Assembly (NCBI GenBank): GCA_903851235.1
Contig: CAINNR010000001.1
Coordinates: forward strand, 22,432-86,431
Length of the DNA: 64,000 bases
Source: an uncultured Candidatus Berkelbacteria bacterium
Lineage (GTDB): Bacteria; Patescibacteriota; UBA1384; XYA2-FULL-43-10; CAINNR01
Direction of reading: 5' to 3'
Every line of letters begins with the position of its first letter. Position 1 is the first letter of the stretch. The notes below the pieces were generated by a model that worked only from the letters and a program-made list of their open reading frames with translations, did not search any database and had not been told where the DNA came from. The position numbers and the translations under genes were made by a program. Below, piece by piece: positions 17,982 through 27,864 of the stretch.

Positions 17982-18243
17982 TTATTTTGGTCGATATTAA
18001 CGGTACGAGATTATTATCGACCAACGAGATATTTTCGACAATTATCAATATTATTAATGTGGGCGTTCTGGAAACACTCTTTTAACCTGGCAAAAAACTT
18101 ATGAGCTTTGCCCACCATCTGTATGAATACCGCCCGGGCAGCAGCGATTGGTTGGGCAGATAAGATTTTTTCTTTAGACTGGATAGTTATAAAAAATTCG
18201 CCTGGCGTCGATACGCGCAGGCGGTTGTTCTATTTATGCTGAA

Positions 18244-19293
18244 TTACGACACCTTGAGGATCTCTTGTTCACTTCTATCGAGCATTTGCCAGACTTCCTT
18301 GCCTATACCTGAAGCGCGATCCTTGAAGATAGCGCCGCCGACGGTCATGAAGGCTTTTGATCCTTCCTTATCGCCGAGGTAGTAGACAAGTGCACCGGCA
18401 AGCGTCTGCTTGACAACTACCATGTCTAGGGGCTTCTCCTTGTTGATCAGGAGTTTATGAAGAGCCTTGGCTCCATTCATCGCCTCGATCGTTCGGCCGG
18501 CTTCTTGCTGTTGGCCGATGAAGTTAACCAGTAAGCGAATTCCGCTGCTCATCATACTGGTGGCGCTCAGTGCGCCTTCGCTGGTCTTGGACAGGTCTTC
18601 GGCTTTAGTGAAGATGGTAGCTGCTGCCGTTTCGACTTCGCTGGAGTGAGCGTATGGGAAGTACTCGAGGATTGCCAGGGCGGTCAGACTTGTTCTACCA
18701 GTTCCCGGGTCGATGAGGTTGCCTAGGACTTCTTGGAGATTCAGCCCCAAAATGTCGTTGTTCTCATTGATTTTGTCCTCGTCCTTTGGTAGGCGGGCGG
18801 ACATTTCGCGAACGTCGTCGAGCATTGCCCCTTGAGCTTTGAAGATGGTGGCGACATTGGTATCGAAACTGTGACCCTTAGATAATTCAGCCATACCGTC
18901 CATCATATTCTTGGCCAATGTATTTTGGGTCGCAGGAAGGCCGAAGTGGGTCGCGGAATCGAGGTCATCAAAAGCCGACCGCAGACTTACCAGATTCAAG
19001 GCGCAAAGTGCACGCAGGTACAAACCCTTAGGGTTGGTCGGATTCAGTGCAACATAGCCTGCCGTCTTGGCATAGGCCAGTTTGTCCTGACTTCCCCCGC
19101 CTTCCTTCGCCATAGCGATGAGATGAACCGCTTCAGTAAGTTCGTCAGGGAGGTTGGTTTCGAACTTGGCTGAAGTCGGCGTGGCCGCGACCTGATTGGT
19201 ACTTTCGTCGGATTTCGCCTTCGGCTGCTTAGAGCAGCCAACCAACAGACATGTGAACAAGACCAAAATGGCGAGTATAACGTGAGTCTTCAT
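18244..19293 (-). CDS. Putative lipoprotein with TPR-like repeat
   Basis: Lipobox LLVG-C; ALNPTNPKGLYLRALC TPR-like segment; visibly GC-richer than flanking genes; own promoter at 19355-19383. Confidence 0.8.
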   Translation of the reverse strand: MKTHVILAILVLFTCLLVGCSKQPKAKSDESTNQVAATPTSAKFETNLPDELTEAVHLIAMAKEGGGSQDKLAYAKTAGYVALNPTNPKGLYLRALCALNLVSLRSAFDDLDSATHFGLPATQNTLAKNMMDGMAELSKGHSFDTNVATIFKAQGAMLDDVREMSARLPKDEDKINENNDILGLNLQEVLGNLIDPGTGRTSLTALAILEYFPYAHSSEVETAAATIFTKAEDLSKTSEGALSATSMMSSGIRLLVNFIGQQQEAGRTIEAMNGAKALHKLLINKEKPLDMVVVKQTLAGALVYYLGDKEGSKAFMTVGGAIFKDRASGIGKEVWQMLDRSEQEILKVS

Positions 19294-19528
19294 TTCAGCG
19301 TCCCTCTCTTTTCAGTAGTCGGCATGGTATATGCCTCCTTATACTGCTGATAGCAGCTTACATTTTTTGGGCCAAAAAGTCAATGATTTCAACGGGTGGC
19401 CTCGCTATTGCTCGTTTGCAGGTTTGACACAGGTCAAAACAGCCTTCGTTTAGCGGTAAAAATATTAACAGATCAATAAAAAACAGGCTGGCAATTATGC
19501 TAGCCTGTGGATTTAACTTCTGTAAACT

Positions 19529-19849
19529 TTAGCACACTAGTTCATCTATTGATCGGAAGCTGCGAATGACTGTTGCATGGCCATCATCGACTTTCAAATC
19601 AACACCAAAGTCGGTTTTTTTAAACGAAATTGTGCTCCTCGAGTCTCCTCCGATCGTCGCAGTCCCATTCTTGCGAAATTCTTCGATAGCCTTCCGATAG
19701 TCAGCCAGTGATACATGAAAGTTAAAGAAATATTGACTTTCGGGATCATCCGGATCCCAAGCGCTACCATATGTTGCTACAACCTGTTCACCGACCTGTT
19801 CAAGTTTGAAACTCCCATCATTGAAATTACCCTGCTGAAAAATAACCAT
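19529..19849 (-). CDS. Hypothetical protein
   Basis: AAGGAG SD; terminator caggctggca/tgctagcctg downstream. Confidence 0.7.
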   Translation of the reverse strand: MVIFQQGNFNDGSFKLEQVGEQVVATYGSAWDPDDPESQYFFNFHVSLADYRKAIEEFRKNGTATIGGDSRSTISFKKTDFGVDLKVDDGHATVIRSFRSIDELVC

Positions 19850-19981
19850 CAGTCGCTCAGCTCCTTGTCGTGCAAGATGTTGTTGACAATAGTCTATACC
19901 AAACTAAGAAATAATACAATAATGATGCCGGATAAACTGTTTTTGTTTCACATTAGACGCGGTTTGTGCTAAAATAATATA

Positions 19982-20371
19982 GTGACGACAAATTTGAAAG
20001 CCAAATTATTCTTTTTGGTTTCCGTTAGCGTTTTTGCGTTTGCGGCTCTGATTTTAGCGTTATTCAATTATAATCCATACAAAGCCGACATTTCCGTTTT
20101 TGTACTGTTTTACTTGTCCTTTTGGATGACAGTTTGTGGCATTTTAACCGCCATTTTGCTCTTTGCCCGCTCAAGATTTGCTGAGAAGCTATTATCGGCA
20201 ACATTTTGGCCAACGCTCCGGCTTTCAGCCATTATTTCACTGGCGCTTACGGTCTTGCTTTGTTTAGATGGCCTTAAAATTCTTGACCTTTGGGTCGGCG
20301 TTCCATTAACAATCGCAATTTTAATGCTTGAACTGTTTTTCCGTGGCAATAAATTTAGAAAAACTACATGA
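19982..20371 (+). CDS. Hypothetical 4-TM membrane protein
   Basis: Four hydrophobic segments; stop overlaps the pheS start. Confidence 0.8.
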   Translation: MTTNLKAKLFFLVSVSVFAFAALILALFNYNPYKADISVFVLFYLSFWMTVCGILTAILLFARSRFAEKLLSATFWPTLRLSAIISLALTVLLCLDGLKILDLWVGVPLTIAILMLELFFRGNKFRKTT

Positions 20372-21048
20372 TGAAAGGCAATTTACATCCGATAACAACT
20401 TTGGTTCGCGAAGCTATAGCCGCTTTTGCCGCTTTGGGTTTTGAGGTTTTTGACGGTCCGGAAGTTGACAGCGAGTGGTACAATTTTGACGCCCTTCGTG
20501 TGCCAACCGATCATCCGGCGCGCGATATGCAAGACACTTTCTGGCTAACCGATGGTCGGGTTTTGCGGACTCAAACTTCCAATGGCCAAGTGCGATATGG
20601 TGAAAAGCACAAACCGCCATTTCGGATAATCTCTCCCGGCCAAATTTATCGCAACGAAGCAACTGATTTCAAACATGAAGCGGCAATTTATCAGCTTGAA
20701 GGCTTGTATGTTGATAGAAATGTTGTTGTCGGTCAGCTGTTCTACATATTAAAATACTTCTTTCAGAAAGTTTATGGCCAGGATGTCGAAATAAAGTTCA
20801 CACCGAGTTTCTTCCCCTTTGTCGAGCCGGGTTTCGAAGTCAGCGCCAAATTTAATGGCAAGTGGCTTGAGCTTTTGGGCGCCGGCATGGTCCATCCAAC
20901 GGTGATAAAAAATATGGGTCTCGATCCGGAGAAGTTTAGCGGTTTTGCTTTCGGTATGGGAATTGACCGGCTGGTAATGCTAAAGTACGGCATTGAAGAC
21001 ATACGGCTTTTGCGATCGGGAGACCTACGATTTCTTAAGCAATTTTAA
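20368..21048 (+). CDS. pheS: Phenylalanine--tRNA ligase alpha subunit (short form)
   Basis: HPARDMQDTF, FFPFVEPG, GFAFGMGIDR. Confidence 0.96.
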   Translation: MMKGNLHPITTLVREAIAAFAALGFEVFDGPEVDSEWYNFDALRVPTDHPARDMQDTFWLTDGRVLRTQTSNGQVRYGEKHKPPFRIISPGQIYRNEATDFKHEAAIYQLEGLYVDRNVVVGQLFYILKYFFQKVYGQDVEIKFTPSFFPFVEPGFEVSAKFNGKWLELLGAGMVHPTVIKNMGLDPEKFSGFAFGMGIDRLVMLKYGIEDIRLLRSGDLRFLKQF

Positions 21049-21067
21049 CAAAAATGGATGACGAATT

Positions 21068-23326
21068 ATGAAAGTTTTGAAGAGTTGGTTAAAAGATTAT
21101 ATCTCAAATGAAATATCAGACGAGCGGCTGGTGGAGATTTTGTCGTTGGCCGGGCTGGAAGTCGATGAAGTTACATTTGGTATTGATGAAAATGTAATTG
21201 TCGGGAAAATTGTTGAGATTGCAAAACATCCCAATGCCGACAAATTACAAATTGCGATAGTTGACAGTGGTCAAGACAAAATTCAAATTGTTTGCGGTGC
21301 ACCGAATATAAAGGTTGGTCAATTGGTGCCGCTGGCACTGCCGGGAAGCAAACTGCCGGCTGGCGAAATTTCTGTCAGCAAAATTCGCGGAGTTGAATCT
21401 TTCGGCATGCTCTGCGCTAAAGATGAACTTGGTCTCGGTGACGACCACAAAGGAATCTTTATTTTATCAAAGGGCTACGAAGTTGGTAAATCGCTGGCAG
21501 AATATATTAATTCCGACACGGTTATCGATTTGGACATTACCGCCAACCGCGGCGATTGTCTATCGCACATTGGTGTTGCCAGAGAAATTGCCGCTTTTGA
21601 AAATATCTCGGTCCGAAAAGAGCCGGTTACACTTTCAAAAACCGTATCCAACCACTCGTCAACAATGATTTCGGTTGAAATTGATGCGCCGGATCTTTGT
21701 CCGACCTATATGACTCGGGTAATCGGCGGTGTCAAGATTGGTCCGTCGCCAAAGTGGTTGCAAGATCGCTTGTTGGCCTGCGGCGCCAAACCGATTAATA
21801 ATGTTGTTGATGTTACAAATTATATTATGCTTGATTTGGGTCAACCGATGCACGCTTTTGATTTGAATAAAATCGCTGAGTCAAAAATTATAGTTCGTGT
21901 TGCGAAAAACAAGGAATCAATTCTTACACTTGATGGCGTTGAAAGAAAACTATCAGCGGAGACTTTGGTTATCGCCGATAAGAAAAATCCGATTGCCGTT
22001 GCCGGAATAATGGGTGGTAAAAATTCCGAAGTTGACGACGATACCGAAACTATTGTTTTAGAGGCAGCGGAGTTCGACTCAAAATCAATCCGAAAGAGCG
22101 CCAAGTCATTGAATTTATCAACCGAAGCCAGTTATCGCTTTGAACGCGGTATCGACTCAGGAGCAATTGAATACGCAATAAATAAGGCGGCAAATTTGAT
22201 TGTCGAAACAGCCGGCGGTAAAATTTTTCAAGGAATAGTTCAGGCCGGCGAAAAAGTCAAGAGAGTTGAGATTCCTTTTGATTATAAAAAGATCACCCAA
22301 CTTTTAGGCTACGAAATTTCGGAAACGGAAATTGATCACATTCTTCGGCATTTGGGTTTCACAATCACTGGTAAAGTTGCTACCGCGCCGTCTTGGCGTC
22401 ATGACATTTCAATTTGGCAGGATTTGGCCGAAGAAGTCGGTAGGGTTATAGGCTACGATAAAATTTCAGCAGTAACATTACCAAAAGTCGCGTCGGCGCC
22501 CAAAACTGATTACTATTTTACCGAAAGCATCAAGGATAAATTGATTAACTTTGGCTTTACCGAAGTGATAAATTATCCCTTTCTTTCAGAAGCCGACGTT
22601 GCAGTCGCGCAACTTAAAATCGTTAATCTACTGGAAGTCGCCAATCCGATGCAGGCAGAAAACAAATATCTCCGACCGTCGCTTGTAACCGGTCTATTGA
22701 AAAATGTCGCTCACAATCCGTCATTTGATTCAATCCAAATATTTGAGGTTGGACATGTCTATGATAAAAAAGAGGAAACTGTTAATTTGGCAATTGCCAG
22801 TGCCGGAAAATCTACTGAAGCCCATAAAGAAAATATCGACAAGATTCTACTCCTGATCGGCGACCAGAAAATTGTAAAAACATTCGAATTTACTCGCGAT
22901 GATTTACAAAAATATAAAATAAAAAAGCCGACAGTCCTTATTAGTGAAATTAATCTGTCAAAAATTTTGGCTGGTAAAAAAATAGATCAAAATATTAATT
23001 TGTCAGTTGAAAAAAATAATATTATTTATCGCGGCGTTTCAAAATTTCCAGCTCTGACTCGCGACTTGGCTTTCATCGTCGATAAAAAACTCGAAGCCAA
23101 AAAAATCTCTGATGAAATTTATTCAATCTCAGAGCTGATCAACAGAGTTGAACTTTTCGACGAATTTTTATCCGATAAATTTGGCGCCGGCAAAAAAAAT
23201 CTCGCCTACCACATCTACCTGCAATCGCCGGAGAGAACATTAAATGACCAAGGTGTGGAAAATATTATCAAGGAAATAATTTTGTCAATTGAGAAAAAAT
23301 TCAACGCTAAACTACGAAAGGTCTAA
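21068..23326 (+). CDS. pheT: Phenylalanine--tRNA ligase beta subunit
   Basis: HPNADKL, VCGAPN, TANRGD, RFERG, DLAEEVGR; FDX-ACB C-terminus. Confidence 0.97.
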   Translation: MKVLKSWLKDYISNEISDERLVEILSLAGLEVDEVTFGIDENVIVGKIVEIAKHPNADKLQIAIVDSGQDKIQIVCGAPNIKVGQLVPLALPGSKLPAGEISVSKIRGVESFGMLCAKDELGLGDDHKGIFILSKGYEVGKSLAEYINSDTVIDLDITANRGDCLSHIGVAREIAAFENISVRKEPVTLSKTVSNHSSTMISVEIDAPDLCPTYMTRVIGGVKIGPSPKWLQDRLLACGAKPINNVVDVTNYIMLDLGQPMHAFDLNKIAESKIIVRVAKNKESILTLDGVERKLSAETLVIADKKNPIAVAGIMGGKNSEVDDDTETIVLEAAEFDSKSIRKSAKSLNLSTEASYRFERGIDSGAIEYAINKAANLIVETAGGKIFQGIVQAGEKVKRVEIPFDYKKITQLLGYEISETEIDHILRHLGFTITGKVATAPSWRHDISIWQDLAEEVGRVIGYDKISAVTLPKVASAPKTDYYFTESIKDKLINFGFTEVINYPFLSEADVAVAQLKIVNLLEVANPMQAENKYLRPSLVTGLLKNVAHNPSFDSIQIFEVGHVYDKKEETVNLAIASAGKSTEAHKENIDKILLLIGDQKIVKTFEFTRDDLQKYKIKKPTVLISEINLSKILAGKKIDQNINLSVEKNNIIYRGVSKFPALTRDLAFIVDKKLEAKKISDEIYSISELINRVELFDEFLSDKFGAGKKNLAYHIYLQSPERTLNDQGVENIIKEIILSIEKKFNAKLRKV

Positions 23327-23327
23327 A

Positions 23328-24761
23328 ATGAAAAGAACTTTTATCAAAGAAACGGTTTCAAAAATCGGTCAGGAAGTTCTGATTTCCGGCTGGGTTAACA
23401 CCCGCCGCGATCACGGAAAAATTGTTTTTTTTGATATGCGAGACATGACCGGTCAGCTCCAGGTTGTTTTTGTTCCCGGGTCGCTTGCCTATGACAAAAT
23501 AACTGACGTCCGACCGGAGTGGGTTTTATCGGTTAGGGGGAATATCAATGCCAGACCGGAGAAAATGGTCAACAAGGATTTCCCGACCGGAACGGTAGAG
23601 ATGGATGCGATTGATATTGAAGTATTAAATCCGGCAAAAACGCCACCATTTGAAGTTGACAAAGACACATCAAAAATTGAAGAAGAGTTGCGTCTAAAAT
23701 ATCGCTACTTGGATTTGCGAAGTGTTCGAATGGCGAAAAATATTACACTACGTCATGACGTGATTAAATTTATTCGCCAATATTTATACCAGGAAAATTT
23801 TCGAGAAATTGAGACTCCTTATTTGACCAAATCAACACCGGAAGGCGCCAGAGAATATATTGTCCCGGCCAGACTTTACCCCGGCGAATTTTATGTGCTG
23901 CCGCAAAGCCCGCAACAGTTTAAACAACTTTTGATGGTCGGTGGAATTGAACGCTACTTTCAAATTGCTCGTTGTTTTCGCGATGAAGACCAAAGAGGGG
24001 ATCGTCAGCCGGAGTTTACTCAACTCGATATCGAGATGAGTTTTGTCGAACAGGAAGATATTTTGTCATTGGTTGAAGACATGATAATTAAACTGGTGGA
24101 AAAAATAACTCCGGAAAACAAAATTTTGCACAAACCATTTCCGCGCGTAACCTATGCCGAATCGATGGAAAAATATGGCAGTGATAAACCGGATTTGCGA
24201 CAGGACAAAAATGATAAAAACGAATTGGCGTTCACATGGATTATAGATGCGCCACTATTTAAATATTCAAAATCGGAGAAGAAATTGGTCTCTTCACATC
24301 ATCCGTTTACCATGCCACAGAAGGAAGATATTAAAAAATTGGATAGCAAACCTGAAGAAGTTCGGGCCTATGCCTACGATTTGGTTCTAAACGGTTTTGA
24401 AGTTGCCGGTGGATCGATTAGAATTCATAAACGCGATATTCAGGACAAGATATTTGATTTACTTGGTGTTTCCGCCGAGGAGAAGCAGCGTCGTTTTGGT
24501 CATATGTTGGAAGCTTTTGACTATGGGGCACCACCACACGGTGGAATTGCGCCGGGGATTGATAGATTAGTCGCAATTCTGGCCGGCGAAAGTGTTATCC
24601 GCGAAGTTATGGCCTTTCCAAAAACCGGTGATGCCAGAGACGTTATGATGGGCGCTCCCTCGGCTGTATCGGAGCAGCAATTAAAAGATGTTCATATATT
24701 ACTAGCAGAAGAAGCTAAAGGTAAAGCGCTAAAACGCGCAGAAACTCAAACAAATGATTAA
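23328..24761 (+). CDS. aspS: Aspartate--tRNA ligase (no GAD insert)
   Basis: RRDHG, LPQSPQQFKQLLM, QPEFTQLD, GAPPHGGIAPGIDR. Confidence 0.97.
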   Translation: MKRTFIKETVSKIGQEVLISGWVNTRRDHGKIVFFDMRDMTGQLQVVFVPGSLAYDKITDVRPEWVLSVRGNINARPEKMVNKDFPTGTVEMDAIDIEVLNPAKTPPFEVDKDTSKIEEELRLKYRYLDLRSVRMAKNITLRHDVIKFIRQYLYQENFREIETPYLTKSTPEGAREYIVPARLYPGEFYVLPQSPQQFKQLLMVGGIERYFQIARCFRDEDQRGDRQPEFTQLDIEMSFVEQEDILSLVEDMIIKLVEKITPENKILHKPFPRVTYAESMEKYGSDKPDLRQDKNDKNELAFTWIIDAPLFKYSKSEKKLVSSHHPFTMPQKEDIKKLDSKPEEVRAYAYDLVLNGFEVAGGSIRIHKRDIQDKIFDLLGVSAEEKQRRFGHMLEAFDYGAPPHGGIAPGIDRLVAILAGESVIREVMAFPKTGDARDVMMGAPSAVSEQQLKDVHILLAEEAKGKALKRAETQTND

Positions 24762-25452
24762 AATTCGATTGAACAAATTTCTGTCTCAGGCCGGCATTGC
24801 CTCACGTCGGCATGCTGATGACTTGATAAAATCCGGTAAAGTAGCTGTTAACTCCAAAAACGCTAAAACCGGTGAACAGGTCGATGTTGAAAAAGATAAA
24901 GTTATTGTTGCCGGCAAAGAGGTAAAATTACCGAATAAATTCGATTACTTCGCTTTTTATAAACCGAGCGGTTTTATTACTTCGTCGTCGGACGAGCAGG
25001 GCGAATCGATAAAAAAGTTTTTACCCAAAGTTACCAGATTATTTTCAGTCGGTCGATTGGATAAGGAAACCGAGGGGCTTCTAATCTTGACCAATGACGG
25101 AGATTTTGCCAATGAGTTGTCCCATCCGAAATATACCAAAGTAAAGGTTTATGATTTGGAATACGGTGGCAAACCGACAAACATTGGTAAAGAGGGGATA
25201 ATTCGCCAGTTTTTAAAGGGCATAATGCACAACGGTAAAAGATATTATGTCGATAAAGCAAAATTTGTTGCAGATAATAAATTGGAAGTCACACTCCATC
25301 AAGGCAGAAGTCGTCAGTTACGAATTATGGCAGGGAAGATTGGTCTTGAAGTCTTAAACTTAAAACGAATTCAAATTGGAAAATTGAAGCTTTCGTCACT
25401 GAAATTGTCTCCGGGTAATTTAGTTCGGATCAGTAAAGACGACGTTCTATGA
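24754..25452 (+). CDS. rRNA pseudouridine synthase, RsuA/RluB family
   Basis: S4 domain RLNKFLSQAGIASRR; VGRLDKETEGLLILTNDG. Confidence 0.93.
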   Translation: MIKIRLNKFLSQAGIASRRHADDLIKSGKVAVNSKNAKTGEQVDVEKDKVIVAGKEVKLPNKFDYFAFYKPSGFITSSSDEQGESIKKFLPKVTRLFSVGRLDKETEGLLILTNDGDFANELSHPKYTKVKVYDLEYGGKPTNIGKEGIIRQFLKGIMHNGKRYYVDKAKFVADNKLEVTLHQGRSRQLRIMAGKIGLEVLNLKRIQIGKLKLSSLKLSPGNLVRISKDDVL

Positions 25453-26414
25453 TTGCCAAACCGTTAATTATCCTGTCCCTGATTTGTAATTTGATTGGTT
25501 TTAACATGTCCGCTGCCAAAACCGATCAGAAATTAGCCGATTATTCGGCTCGTGAAAACTCGGTAGCTGTTTCGGCTTCCGACACAACTATAAAGATTCC
25601 CGCCATTTTAGATTTACCGACAATTAAAATCGGCAGCAAATCGCCAAGTATTTTAACAAAGGAATATATTTTAGTTGATGGCGACAAGGGAACAGTTTTT
25701 GCGAAAAAAAATTCCACTACCCATGTGCCGATTGCCTCGACAACAAAAATAATGTCATCAATTATCGCTCTGGAGAATTATCAACTTAGCGATGTGGTCA
25801 CTGTTTCTGCAAAAGCGCCACAACAAATTCCAACTGTTGTAAATTTACGAGTTGGAGAAAAAATCACAGTTTCAGAATTGCTTCATTGCATGCTTATCCA
25901 ATCCGGAAATGATTCGGCCTACGCTGTTGGAGCGTTTATGGACCCATCAGGGAGTGACAGCGATTACCAGCCGTTTGTCGACAAAATGAATGCTAAAGCC
26001 AAAGAATTAGGTATGACAAACACACACTATATGGATCCGGCCGGTTTGAATGACAGCGGATATTCGTCAGCAACAGATTTGGCAACAATCACTCGATATG
26101 CTTTGCAAAACCCGACATTTAGAAATATTGTTGACACCCAAAATTATGTCGCTACCAACACGACGAAAACAATTTTTCACCCATTGGTTAACTCAAATCG
26201 CTTAGTTACCACATATCAATATCCGGGCGCGATCGGTGTTAAAACCGGTTTTACCGATGCCGCCAGTCACTGTTTGGTTGGTGCGGCGACACAAAATTAT
26301 CGAACGCTAATTGCAATTATCCTTGGTACTTACTCAAACACAGCATCAGCGTCTGCTGATGAAGCGAGAAAACTACTCGACTGGGGATTTACCAATGTGG
26401 TTTGGCCTAGTTAA
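25449..26414 (+). CDS. D-alanyl-D-alanine carboxypeptidase (peptidase S11)
   Basis: STTK, SGN and KTG motifs; signal peptide. Confidence 0.93.
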   Translation: MIAKPLIILSLICNLIGFNMSAAKTDQKLADYSARENSVAVSASDTTIKIPAILDLPTIKIGSKSPSILTKEYILVDGDKGTVFAKKNSTTHVPIASTTKIMSSIIALENYQLSDVVTVSAKAPQQIPTVVNLRVGEKITVSELLHCMLIQSGNDSAYAVGAFMDPSGSDSDYQPFVDKMNAKAKELGMTNTHYMDPAGLNDSGYSSATDLATITRYALQNPTFRNIVDTQNYVATNTTKTIFHPLVNSNRLVTTYQYPGAIGVKTGFTDAASHCLVGAATQNYRTLIAIILGTYSNTASASADEARKLLDWGFTNVVWPS

Positions 26415-27099
26415 AGAGTTCATTGTTTTCTAAGGCGTTGGCGGCGGCAGAAATTTGAGCTTTCTGCTTTGAATTTCCACTTCCTTCGCCAATTTTATTT
26501 TTGCCGACAAAAACGGCGACTACAAATTTTTTATTGTGATCAGGACCGGTTTCAACAACTGTCTCGTAAGTTGGCGTAATTAAGAACTTCTCCTGCGCCA
26601 ATTCCTGAAGGTGAGATTTTGCATCAATAAAATGATGATTTTGAAGGATATCCTCGAGCTTATATAGTATATGATCGGCAACAAATTTTTTGACAACTTC
26701 AAAACCAAGGTCCAAGTAGATTGCACCCAGGAGCGCCTCAAATGCATTGGCCAAAATTAGGTCCCTGGCTTTGCCGGCATTTTTCGATTCGCCGCGAGAA
26801 ACTTTTAGATACTCTTCAAGACCGATATTTTTCGCTTCGGCTGAAAGTGATTCACCCTTTACCAAGGCACTACGCCATGCGGTCATTTCGCCCTCGGGGC
26901 GATCAAATTCGGCAAAAAGGTATTCAGTCACTGCCAATTCTAAAACGGCGTCGCCTAAAAATTCAAGACGTTCATTGTGAGACAAGCCGGAGCTGCGATG
27001 CTCGTTAATATATGATCGGTGAATAAAAACCTGCTCTAAAATTGCAGGATTATTGAAATGCAAACCAAGTTTATCAGCTAATATTTTTGGATCAGCCAT
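26407..27099 (-). CDS. rnc: Ribonuclease III
   Basis: NERLEFLGDAVL; C-terminal dsRBD. Confidence 0.98.
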   Translation of the reverse strand: MADPKILADKLGLHFNNPAILEQVFIHRSYINEHRSSGLSHNERLEFLGDAVLELAVTEYLFAEFDRPEGEMTAWRSALVKGESLSAEAKNIGLEEYLKVSRGESKNAGKARDLILANAFEALLGAIYLDLGFEVVKKFVADHILYKLEDILQNHHFIDAKSHLQELAQEKFLITPTYETVVETGPDHNKKFVVAVFVGKNKIGEGSGNSKQKAQISAAANALENNELFN

Positions 27100-27529
27100 T
27101 TTTGGTTACTTCCTTTTTCTTTATCTCACTTTCGTGATTAGTATATATTGAGCCGAGAACACCATTAATAAATTTCCCTGAGTTAGTGTTGCCGAATTGT
27201 TTTGCCAACTCGATCGCTTCGTTAATGGAGACTCGTGGTGGAACATCATCAGAGTAGAGCAATTCGAAAATTGCAATCTCGAGAATTGATTTATCAACTA
27301 CTGAAATTTGTTCAATTGGCCATTCAGGCGCGTTAACTTCAATTTCCTTATCCAATTCAGCTTTATGCTGTCTGACGCCGAGAATTTCAGATTTAACAAA
27401 ATCTTTGTCAATGTCGTCAATAAATTCTGTTATTGAACGTTCGAGAATCTCCGTTAGATCGGCTTCCGGTCGGAAATTCCACTCATAAATTGCTTGCATC
27501 GCAACCATTCGTGATAAATGTCGATTCAT
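27092..27529 (-). CDS. nusB: Transcription antitermination factor NusB
   Basis: INEAIELAKQFG...FINGVLG. Confidence 0.96.
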   Translation of the reverse strand: MNRHLSRMVAMQAIYEWNFRPEADLTEILERSITEFIDDIDKDFVKSEILGVRQHKAELDKEIEVNAPEWPIEQISVVDKSILEIAIFELLYSDDVPPRVSINEAIELAKQFGNTNSGKFINGVLGSIYTNHESEIKKKEVTKNG

Positions 27530-27564
27530 AATATCTAAAATCTAAAAGATAATTTCTTATACTA

Positions 27565-27777
27565 CTATTTTGTCTCCGGCTCTACCGGTTTGGGAATTGA
27601 TTCTTTGGAGTCAACAATTTTTTTCCCGCGATATGTGCCGCAATTTTTACAAATATGATGTCGCTGTTTCGGTTCGTGACACTGCTCACAATAAACAATA
27701 CCAACGACATTAAGTTTGATCTGATGTCGACGGCTTCGAGTTCTGGTTTTTGATAGTTTCTTTTTTGGTTCGGCCAT
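27565..27777 (-). CDS. rpmF: 50S ribosomal protein L32
   Basis: MAEPKKKLSKTRTRSRR...CEQC...HHICKNCGTYRG. Confidence 0.95.
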   Translation of the reverse strand: MAEPKKKLSKTRTRSRRHQIKLNVVGIVYCEQCHEPKQRHHICKNCGTYRGKKIVDSKESIPKPVEPETK

Positions 27778-27864
27778 GGTTGTAAATAATAAATATTTAA
27801 TCAAAAATAATAATTTCAGATGCTACTGTTATAGTATGACAAAATTTGAGATAAAAATCAAGAG

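Noticed and set aside
18105-18160. Possible SRP (ffs) RNA because of GCAGCAGC within a hairpin
   Set aside because: Lacks the CAGG...GNRA...AGCAG domain IV arrangement
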